Positions 53,801 through 64,000 of a DNA stretch of 64,000 nt are shown piece after piece (positions within the stretch are counted from its first letter, which is position 1; every line of letters begins with the position of its first letter). A program made the translations under genes and the position numbers. Location: the NCBI GenBank assembly GCA_038087875.1, contig CM075993.1, forward strand, positions 9,240,001 to 9,304,000, given 5' to 3'. The stretch comes from Malacoraja senta (taxonomy: Eukaryota). Below the pieces are notes generated by a model. That model worked only from the letters and a program-made list of their open reading frames with translations, was not told where the DNA came from and did no database searches.

Positions 53801-56800
53801 AATAAAATAATAATTTTGAAATTTAAATTAAATAAATTATTATCAACCAAACTGATAAGACTTTTTCAAATTACAAAACAAGAGCACTTTGAATTTGGGG
53901 ATAAACCGCATAAACGTTTGGCTCGCCAGCTAAAAAAACGAGAAAAAGAACATATGATCCCAAAGATTAAATCAGATAGAGGGGAATTATTAACCATACC
54001 GAAGGATATTAATAAAAGATTTGCGCAATTTTATGAGAATTTGTATACATCTAAAACGACAACTGACTCCTATAAAATTAGAGTTTTTGGATAATTGTAA
54101 TCTTCCAAAGTTAGAGTTGAAGGAACAAGAGGAATTGGGAGCACAAATCTCAATTAAGGAATTAGAAGATACAATAAACTCATTAAAGAATGGAAAAACA
54201 CCAGGTCCTGATGGATTTACTAATGAATTTTATAAAAGCTTCTATGACAAAATTATACGATTACAAAAAATGTACCAATATGCTTTTAAAAAACAAATAC
54301 TACCTGATACATTAGCTGAATCAACGATTACACTAATACTTAAAAAAGACAAAGTTATAGAAGAACCGGGTTCATATAGAGCTATAGCATTGTTAAACAC
54401 AGATCAAAAAATATTAGCGAAAACACTAGCTAGAAGATTAAGTAAATATATTAGTAAACTAATAAACCCAGATCAGACGGGGTTTATCCCTAAGAGATAT
54501 TCATCTAACAATATGAGACGTTTACTCTACATAATGCACTCACATAAATCTGAAGAACAAGAATTATCAATTATTTCGCTGGACGCTGAAAAAGCATTTG
54601 ACCAAGTAGAATGGAATTATATGGATAAAGTATTACAAAAATTCAAACTGGGAGAGAATTTTATTTTATGGATTAAACTATTATATAATAAACCTACAGC
54701 TAGAATATTAACTAATAACATATTATCCTCGAAATTTCAACTATCAAGGGGAAATAGACAAGGATGCTCATTATCACCACAATTGTTTGCTTTTATAATT
54801 GAACCGTTAGCAGAAAAAATTAGAATACATCCTGATATCCATGGGTATAATACTAAATATTCAAATAATAAAATATCTTTATATGCGGATGATACATTAC
54901 AAAACCTCAAATCACTATACCAAATATATTAAATTTAATTGAAGACTTTGGATCTTTTTCTGGGTACAGAATAAATTGGAATAAAAGTGAAATTATGTCA
55001 ATAAAACCGAAAGATGCAACACATCTTTTAAAATTCCCTTTTAAAATAGCTACAGAAAAATTTAAATACCTGGGAATCGAAATTACTAGAACATATCAAG
55101 GTATGTTTAAAGCAAATTTTGATCCTCTACTTAATAAATTAAACACACTAATTAAATTTTGGGAAACTCTCCCGATGTCTTTAATAGGCCGAATAAATGC
55201 AATAAAAATGATCTTCCTACCACAAATTATATACCTATTTCAATTGATTCCTATATACCTACCAAAGAAGTTTTTTTTTAAACTGTACTCAGATATTACT
55301 AATTTTATATGGGACTATAAATCACATAGAATACAAAGAACACACTTGAACAAACCTAAAGTATTAGGGGGCTTAGCACTCCCTAACTTCATGTATTATT
55401 ATTGGTCAGTAAATATTAAAAATATGATTCAACTGATGGATAACTCTGCCCAGCAAGTGGACTGGATTGTAATGGAGAGAGAGGACTGCTCCTCTGGAAA
55501 CATTGGAGCGATCCTCCTCTCACCAATGAAACTGAATAACATAAATTATAATAAGAACCCAATTATACATAGTACAATCAGAACTTGGAAACAAATAAAA
55601 CAAAATTTAAAATTAAGAAATTTATCACTTTTAACTCCCATAGTTAATAATCCTTCGTTTAATCCCTCTATTACAGATAAATCTTTCACACAATGGGATA
55701 GACTAGGAATTAAAACGTTCGGTGACCTGTATGAAACTGGAAAATTACTATCATTTCAACAATTACAAATAAAATATAAACTCGGAAATAATCAATATTT
55801 TAAATATTTTCAAATATGTGACTATTTGAAAAAATATACAAAAGATCATTATAATAGCCCAGCAGATGTATTGGATGATGCAATGCAGATAAAAGCTGAA
55901 TCAGCAAACTTAATATCATATTTGTATAATATTATCTTAAATGTAGAAATACCATCTACGGAAGGTATTAGAAGAGACTGGGAACAAGAATTAGCTATTA
56001 AAATCTCAAAGGAAAGGTGGAATGAACTTATTAAACGTGCATAAATGTTCGATTAATGTAAGACACACTTTAATAGAATTTAAAATTTTACAGATTATAT
56101 TATTCCAAAACTAAAATTAATAAAATTTTCCCAAATGTATCATCCATTTGTGATAAATGTCAATCTCAAGAAGCTACTATAGCGCACTCATTTGTTTTCT
56201 GTACAAAAATCCAAAAATTTTGGATTGAAATTTTTGAAATCTTTACAAAATTATTTAAAGTAAAACTGATACCCAAAGTAGAATGGATTATCTTCGGAAC
56301 AACGGAAGATAGTCCAGAACTAAATGTGTTCCAAAAGAAATTAATAGACTATGGGTTAATAACTGGAAAAAAGCTAATCCTAAAATTTTGGAAAAATGCT
56401 CCAATACCAACTATAAACATGTGGATTTCAAATATGTTCGAAACATTACACCTAGAAGAGATAAGCTCCTGGCAGGTAAACCAGATCACTTCCACCTGAC
56501 GTGGTCTGCATTTATAGAATTATTACAAATATAGGGTTCAAAAGTACTTAAAAAAAACTGATGTCAGGTAAGGGGAGATGAAAGTTGGAGAGTTGGTATG
56601 TCCCATTTGCGTGATGCTTACAAAAAAGTATTTGTTTTTCTCTTTTCCCTTTTTCTCTTTTTTCTTCTTTTTTAGGGTCTATTTCTTAACTCTTTTTCTT
56701 TTGTTTTTAATTTCGTTCTTATAGGGTCTTTGTTCTTTCTTGTTGTCACGTTTTTTTACACTTTCACCTTTTTCCTTCACTTTCTTCTTTCTCTCAATCT

Positions 56801-56947
56801 CATCCTTTCCCTTTATTGGTGTAAAAAACTAATAAAGTTTATAACGGAGTACATTAATTGTAATAAGATATATGTGACGAGTATTAATGTATGTGGTTGC
56901 AACGTAATGTACTTCTACTAAATAAAAATAAAAAAATAAAAAAAATA
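50822..56947 (+). mobile_element. Full-length L1-clade LINE, mutated (5' UTR, ORF1 ~51015-52104, ORF2 ~52798-56534, 3' UTR, A-rich tail)
   Basis: 17-bp TSD AAAAGCCGGACAAACAG (50805-50821 and 56948-56964); ORF1 coiled coil plus DLEAHSRRQNLRILG; APE motifs NIYAPN, GGDFN, YSRIDYF, SDH; RT YADD; several stops and frameshifts. Confidence 0.96.
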
Positions 56948-57048
56948 AAAAGCCGGACAAACAGACTCAAGAACAGTTTCTTTCCCATGGCCATTAGAAC
57001 TCTAAATTCCTCAAGTATCCACACGACATGAGAATGCTGTCATCAATT

Positions 57049-58031
57049 TAGGTATGTTACAATACTTACCTTCAGCGGCGCTGCAATTCTGCCACTGGCC
57101 GTGTGTGCGATTTTGGCGCCTTTGAGGGGGGGCGGGGTTAAAACGCGGGTTTCTCCTACCTTATCCTGAATTATATTTCGTTGGAGTGCAAGCTTTTGCT
57201 GAAGAATCGTTCCGACGGGCGTTTTGTGTATTTTTTATTTTTATTCGCCCGACAAGTTCAGCGCTGGAGTTATTTTAAAATCAGCTTTGAAAGCCGTTTA
57301 TTTTATGTATAAAAGTGCTTCTTAAGAGGCCTTTAATTCACATTTTAAAATGCGAAACGGTGATTCTTTTCCACAAACTAACGGCAGTATTTTTCATGCC
57401 GATACGGGGTTAAATTCTCCGCAAATCAACGTTCCAAATGATCGCGTTCCAAAAAACCCCACTCGCAAGATGATTTAAATGCCCATTAATTTACAGGTAT
57501 TAAACATTAAATTCCTTCCATTTGGCCTATAAATCCATGACAATGAGATTTAAAAATTATGTTATATTGTGAATTCTTGTGTGAATGTTATTTGGACACT
57601 TAGGCTATTTAAAAATGTTAATCTATTCTTAAGAAATTGATAGTTTAGATCTAGTAATTGAATTTTGTAATTAGCTACAATTAGGTAACTAACTAATTAT
57701 ATGCTTTAATTTCATGTCATCTAAGTAAGATTATTTCATATTTGATTCAGAATGCTTCAATCTATAATAACTGAAAATTTCTTTCAGTTCTCTTAATTTT
57801 TAAGAAAGTTATGGGCTTTAGACTGTTCTCGATCACAGCTTTTGCGTTAAGTCAATGGAAAAGCAATAGGGAACAAGATGCTAATTTCCGAGTATGAAAA
57901 TGGCCATAACTTTTTTAATACTGAAGATTTGAAAGTGAATTAGGTGTCAAATTAAACGTCTTTTTATGCTTTATCTGATGGGATAAATTAGACTTGATTT
58001 TTAAAATCTCAAAAATGTTGTAACATAGCTA
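57049..58031. mobile_element. Second copy of the TAG...CTA TIR transposon
   Basis: TAGGTATGTTACAA / TTGTAACATAGCTA; flanks atcaatt / atcaatc; body colinear with 48593-49793. Confidence 0.82.
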
Positions 58032-58295
58032 ATCAATCCACTATAAAACAGACCACTCAGTTAATATTTCCTCTTTAAAAAAAAATTCTTTTAAAGTATT
58101 TACTAAATTTAATGTAATATTCTCCCAGTGCAAAATAACGTATTGAATGTGACTTTGTCTTGTTTGGACTTGTTTTGGTTGCACTGATCAGGAGTAGCTC
58201 TCCTAATTTTGTTATATTTCTAAGTACAATGACAATAAAGGCTTATTATTATTATTATTATTTTATTATTATATTTATCTATCTATCTATATCTA

Positions 58296-59433
58296 TCTGT
58301 ATACTATTAAAAGTCTTGTCTTGTTTGTCTGTCTGTCTGTCTGTGACATCAAGGAATTACGGCAAAACACAACAGTGCAAAAATTCTGGCAGAACCTTAC
58401 AGCTTTTTCCCTGTGGTCGTTCGTATCAAGTTTCTTCATATTTGATGTTATATTTTACAAGAAACTTTTTTAAACTTAAAAACTCAAGATTTTTGGAATA
58501 AAGGGGGAACTACGCCAAAATGGTACACGGTAGCGCATAACATTTTGCATCACCTTACGCACCTTTGTCTCGTGATCGTTCCTGTCAAGTTTCGTTCAGA
58601 TCGGTGTTATATTTCACAAGTTATTGACACTAACAGTTTACAAAAAACACTTTGAGAACAATAACTTGACAGATGCTGTGACAGTTGATGGGAGATTCTG
58701 GCAGTTTGCAGCTATGATGTCACAATGGGATCTCACAGTTCTCCAATCACAATGGGATCTCATTTACATAAGCTGCCGTGAACAGTCCTTCACCCGACAA
58801 TGACATAACAATGGGATCTCAGCTGCCAATCAACAGTGTTAAAGAAGGAACTGCAGATGCTGGAAAATCAAAGGTACACAAAAATGCTGGAGAAACTCAG
58901 CGGGTGCAGCAGCATCTAGGGAGCGAAGGAAATAGGTAACGTTTCGGGCCGAAACGTTACCTATTTCCTTCGCTCCATAGATGCTGCTGCACCCGCTGAG
59001 TTTCTCCAGCATTTTTGTGTACCTGCCAATCAACAGTGTTGGGATAAGCTCCACCCAGTGCAATGATAGATTTCTTATATTGTTGTAAGGAGAGGTAGCG
59101 AGTGGGGGAGGGGAGGAGAAGAAATGTTATTTAAACATTGTGTTTAGTGGGGGAGTGCAAAAGGGGAAAGGTGAGGGAGGGAGTGACTGAGGGTAGGGAA
59201 AAGGATAAGGAGAGGTGAGGGAGGGAGTGGAGGAGGGGAGAGAAGAGGGACGATTGATTGGCTCCGTGGAGTGCCAAAGCCGCCCCCAACGTGGTTTCAT
59301 TAAAACAATTTAAACTTTAAAAACGTCAGCCGCGCCTGATACTTGGGGGCTATGGGTAAGTGGTGGAATATTGCGTTGGGGGAACGGGTTGTGTTGAGGG
59401 AACGGGTGAGTGGTGGAAATGGGTTGTGTTGGG
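58296..59433 (+). mobile_element. Non-autonomous Helitron (5' end present, 3' tip lost)
   Basis: a|TCTGTATACTATTAAAA start followed by (tgtc)n; homologous to 62830-63822. Confidence 0.7.
58841..59022. mobile_element. Fold-back Penelope-tail mini-insertion
   Basis: ~150-bp near-perfect palindrome centred on aacgtttcgggccgaaacgtt; 18-bp TSD ctgccaatcaacagtgtt. Confidence 0.85.
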
Positions 59434-59895
59434 AGTTGATGGGCATATAAGAGAGAGAATAGGTTACAGGGAAAATCACATTGACAGGAATGCTCCAAGA
59501 GCCAGCATGGACTCAATTTACTGAATGCTTTCTATTTTGTAAGAAAATATAAAATTAAAATATAAATATTTGCTGGACTTACATTTTAAATTAAGTCTTA
59601 CATTTTGGTGGATGGCAGCAAAATTGAAATCAACAAAAATCATTTGGGGAAAATGCCCCACAGTATGAAGATACACAGATCATTAAGGAAGATTGTTGTG
59701 TTTTTTACTGGCCTAATGTCTCGCCCCAGCACTCATTGCACTTCTAATGTGCAATGTCCTACAATCATCTTTAGCAGCTTTATCAAAGTCACATGTTCAT
59801 CAAAATATCAAACAGGAGAATATTTTTAGAACAGTGTTCTGTTCTATTCACAAATCTTCTGATAACAAAGCAGTCAGCAAGATCTAGACAACATA

Positions 59896-60098
59896 CAGGC
59901 ATCGGAAGCGTCAAGGAAGACTACGAGGGAGCTCCAATGCGGAGATCACGTGGATGCTCTGGCGCGATGACCGGGGTGCTCCGACACCGAGACCACAGGA
60001 GAGCTCCTACACGGAGACCACATGGGCGTTAGTGAGCAAAAATAATTGCTTACATAAGTGTGAGTTTACATAAGTTGTCTTAAGTCAGCGAATGCCTG
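59896..60098. mobile_element. Small TcMar/Tigger-like MITE
   Basis: ta|CAGGCAT ... ATGCCTG|ta. Confidence 0.55.
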
Positions 60099-60469
60099 TA
60101 TTAACAATTTAGTTGATGAGCCTGTCTAATGTATGCACGTTTGTAGACGATACAAAGCTAGGTGGCAGTACAAGCTGTAAGAGGGATACAAGAGGGTACA
60201 GTGAGGCTGTGAATTGGTGAGGACGTTGCAGATGGCATAAAATGTAGATAAATATTAGGATAAACCACCTAGTAGACAAAAATAGAAAAGCAGATTAAAA
60301 GGTTTTTTAAAAGAGATTATTCATCCATAGAGTCCTTACTACCTCAACATACAGGTCCACCTCAGTGAAGTGTTTGTAACCCGGACAATTCATAGCAGAG
60401 GATGCGTGTAGTCCCGCTGCAACTGGCAAATCCACTCTGTTGGTCACCCAAACACTTAATCATACGACA

Positions 60470-61355
60470 GAGTCTCCCTAGTCCTCACCTTCCACCCCAT
60501 ACAGTACATAATCCCTAGTCCTCACCTTCCACCCCATACAGCATACATCTGCAACGGGATCCTACCACTAGCCACATCTTCCCATCTCCACCCCTTTCCA
60601 CTTTCCACAGAGATCGCTCCCTCCGCAACTCCTTGGTCAACTCGTCCCTTCCCACACAAACAACCCCCTCCCCAGGTACGTACCCCTGCAATCGCAGGAG
60701 ATTCACTCGCACCTCCTCCAACCTCATCTACTATATCTGTTGTTCCAGGTGTGGACTCCCATATATCGGTGAGACCAGGCGCAGGCTCAGCAATCATTTC
60801 ACTGAATACCTCCGCTCAGTCCACCTAAACCTACCGGTTGCTAAACACTTTAAATCCCCCTCCCATTCCCACACTGACCTTTCTGTCCTGGGGCTCTTCC
60901 AATGTCAGAGTGAGGCCCAGCACAAATTGGAGGAACAGCACCTCAAATTTCGCTTGGGCAGCTTATACCCCAGTGGTATGAACATTGACTTCTCTAACTT
61001 CTAGTAATCCTTTCTTTCCCTCCCTCTCCATCCCTCTGCCTTCCCAGTTCTCCGACCAGTCTTACTGTCTCCGATGACATTTTATCTCTGTTTGCTTTGT
61101 TGTTACCTTCTCCCAGCTAACAATGGTCTGTTCTACATTTTCCTTGATCTACATTTGCTTTGTCCTGTTTTCACACTTCACACTTCACACTTCCTTATCT
61201 ATGTATCTCCCTCTCCCCTGACATGAGTCTAAAGAAGGGTATCGACCCGAAGCATCACCCATTCCTTCTTTCCAGAGATGCTGCCTGTCCTGCTGAGTTA
61301 CTCCAGCATTTTGTGTCTATCTTCGGTTTAAACCAGCATCTGCAGTTCCTTCCAA
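60470..61355 (+). mobile_element. Penelope-like element 3' part with GIY-YIG endonuclease and tail
   Basis: SSNLIYYICCSRCGLPYIGETRRRL...VAKHF; tail carries a decayed hammerhead-like core at ~61228-61258. Confidence 0.9.
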
Positions 61356-61559
61356 CACTTGATCATACGTACAGGCTTTGCTTAAATTGTGTGTTCGTAA
61401 CCTGGAGAGAAACTGCAAGAACAATCCAAACCATCCAACTCCTCATCCTCTCCCTAATACCCCAAACAAGTCTTTGCTTTCTCATAATTATCCAGTTTCT
61501 TTTTGAATCTGACCCCTGGCAGTACCTTCCTACTATGACTTCCTCCTTACTATGATACT

Positions 61560-62530
61560 CAATTCAAGACTGATGAGGACAAATGTGCCAAAAGCCTTCT
61601 TCAACACTCTATCTACCTGTGATGCCACTTTCAGGGAACCACATACTTGGACTCCTAGATCTCACAGGTCTGCAACACTCCCCAGGCCCCTACCATTCAC
61701 TATGGTCCTGCCCTAATTTGTCGTTTCAAACTGCAACATCTCACTCTTTTGTGCATTAACTGCTCGGATAGCTGATTAAGATCCTACTGTAATTCTTGAT
61801 AAATCGTCCTCACTGTATACGATACCACCTATTTTAGTATAATCTGCAAACTTATAAATCACCTTGTTCATTCTCAACCAAATCATTGATATAAACGACA
61901 TGTCGAATGATATAGAAAGAAATGGGCCCAGCAACAACCCCCGAGGCATAACCTTCCGCCACCACCATTTGCTTCATACCGTGAACTGGATTCTGTATCC
62001 AGTTGAAGACACAAAGTGCTGGTGTAACACAGCCTGCAGGGTCAGCCTGGGTCTCTGGAAAACAGGGATACGGGATGTTTTGGGTTGGGACCCTTCTTCA
62101 GAATGAGCGCCAAGGGAAAAAAAGCTACAAGAGGATTGGCAGTACAAGCTGACTCTTCATCTGTATCAACCTATTACCTGCGCTTTGTCCTGCCCTCCTC
62201 TCTTCCAGCTTTCTTTGTGTCTTTTGCAAACCGTCATCTGCAGTTCCATGTTTCTGTATTCAGTTTGGTAGCTAGATCTCCCTTCCAGAGCAGCCTACCA
62301 TGTGGAACCTGAAGTCCATATCAACTTTCTTGATTGCTTCTTCAAAACTCTAAGCAATGTACAAGACACGATCTCCCACATACAAAAACATGCTGTCAGT
62401 CCCTAATTAACTCCTGTCTATCCAAATTCATGTACATCTTATCCCTCAGATTCATGTCCAGTAATTTCCTACCACAGATGTTAGGATTACTGGTCTACAA
62501 TTTCCTGGCTTTTCTTTTCAGCCCTTCTTA
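61560..62530 (-). mobile_element. Old CR1 fragments with an inserted Penelope tail
   Basis: aatctgcaaac, ggcccagca..ccccgagg and catgctg motifs of CR1 RT. Confidence 0.6.
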
Positions 62531-62829
62531 AATAGAGAGCATATCTTGGCACCAAGACATCTCCACGTTAGTTATGGAGAAACTGCAGGAAATTAGCATT
62601 GAGGTAGAAGATGATCAGTGATCTTAATAAATGGAGGAGCAATCACAATAGGACAAATGGCCTACAGCCAGTCCTATTTCATACTGCTTTTTCATCGACC
62701 TTTCCTTCATTATCAGATCCGAAAGTGGAAATGTTCAGTTAATTGCACAAACTACAATCATTTGCAATAATTTAAATCATGAAACAGAATATGCTTGTAT
62801 GCGGACCGAGTTGGAAGTTATATTTCTCA

Positions 62830-63822
62830 CTAAACCAAGTGCGGACCCTTTGGGTCCCGTCCCCCAACGAAATATTCCACCACTGCCCCCAACGATAGTT
62901 CCCGTTGTGACGCCAGAGATCCCCGTTGTGAAGCGAGTCATGGCAACTCTTCCCCAACTGCGCCTCGCCATCCCTCTTCCTACCCCTATCCTCCTCCATT
63001 CCCCCTCATTCTCCAACACCTCCTCCCCCTCCTCTCCATACTCCCTCTTCTTTCCCCTCTCTCCTCCCCCACTCCCCCCTCTCCTTTCCCCTACCCTCAG
63101 TCACTCCCTCCCCCCTCCCCCCTCCCTACCCCCCTCCCTACCCCCCTCTATCTCCCTGCTCCCCACTCCTCACCTCCCCCTATCCCACTCCCCCTCCTCA
63201 CCTCCCCATTGCCCTCCTCGCCCTCTATCCCCCACTCCCTACCTCCCCCACTCCCCCTCCCCTCCTCCCCCACTCTCCCTCCCCTCCTCCCCCACTCTCC
63301 CTCCTCACCTCCCCACCTCTCCCTCTATCCCCCTGCTCCCCCACTCACCTATCCCCACCCCCCACAATGAAAATTGCAATTTAAAAAAAAAATGACACCT
63401 CCCCCTATCCCACCCCCCACAATGAAAATTACGATTTTTCTTTAAAATATAACCTAACCAACAATGCTCGCTGTTAATGAAAACGGAAGAATTTGATTAA
63501 AACTGATTTTTATTTTAAATCACGATTTTTAAAAATGTAAATGAGATTCAGGATCCCATTGTGACGTTGAATGCTGCTGACGGGCAGGGAAAGTGGAAAA
63601 GTGGTTTGAAATTTGATTTTTGTAAAGTTTCAATGTCAATAACGTAAAAATATAGCATCAATCCGAACAAAATGTGTTTCTTTTACATACCAGGATAATG
63701 GTGAGTGAGGTGGGCAAAATATTGTAGCACTATCGTGTACTGTTTTGGCGGGGTTTTGGAATATCGCGCACATGCACGCATACATACAAACAAACAGGAT
63801 TAGAGTTTTAGTAATATATAGA
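62830..63822 (-). mobile_element. Complete non-autonomous Helitron (~1 kb)
   Basis: On the minus strand: A|TCTATATATTACTAAAA start, hairpin GGGACCC-AAA-GGGTCC, end ggtTTAG|T (CTAG variant), A/T target with no TSD. Confidence 0.8.
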
Positions 63823-64000
63823 TAGATATAAGATTGCAGACTGTAGACTTTATACAACAAGAGTGACTAACCACCACTAGTGCTCAAATACATTTAATAT
63901 TACCATTACCAAGCCCCACAATATTGCCAAATGATAGCTATGAAACTAATTGTCTACCTCACCAAGGCATATTTTCACCATCTACAAGGCAAAAACAAGA

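Noticed and set aside
57062..57072. ATACTTACCT resembling the U1 snRNA 5' end
   Set aside because: No U1 body follows; it lies in a transposon subterminal region and differs in the sister copy
62799..63395. 198-aa proline-rich ORF
   Set aside because: Translation of a C/T-rich low-complexity Helitron interior; the same applies to the Gly/Glu-rich ORF at 22205-22591

Overview
Vertebrate genomic DNA, most likely a cartilaginous fish such as a skate or ray (inferred from the repeat landscape and the A/F-only NKCC2 cassettes). There are no prokaryotic features. Left of a 200-N scaffold gap (36535-36734) lie 16 exons of SLC12A1 (NKCC2) on the minus strand. They include the two 96-bp mutually exclusive exon-4 cassettes (A and F types) and a GC-AG intron. 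Right of the gap is one fibrillin (FBN1-like) hybrid-domain exon, also on the minus strand. The neighbouring parts of the two genes cannot fit at the gap, which points to an inverted contig that creates a false in-frame FBN1-SLC12A1 chimera. The introns are dense with nested mobile elements: CR1, L1 (one full-length copy with a 17-bp TSD), Rex1/Babar, RTE, Vingi-like, Penelope-like, Tc1, hAT, Harbinger and Tigger MITEs, and Helitrons. The most interesting observations are: an ALG13 exon-1-like segment with its splice donor next to a Helitron 3' end; two divergent histone-H1-like fragments inside a Tigger-like TIR element; many fold-back Penelope-tail mini-insertions with hammerhead-ribozyme-like cores and 14-18-bp TSDs; and a TAG...CTA transposon with 7-bp TSDs. 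Repeat family names come from motif recognition by eye, not database searches, and most repeat boundaries are approximate.
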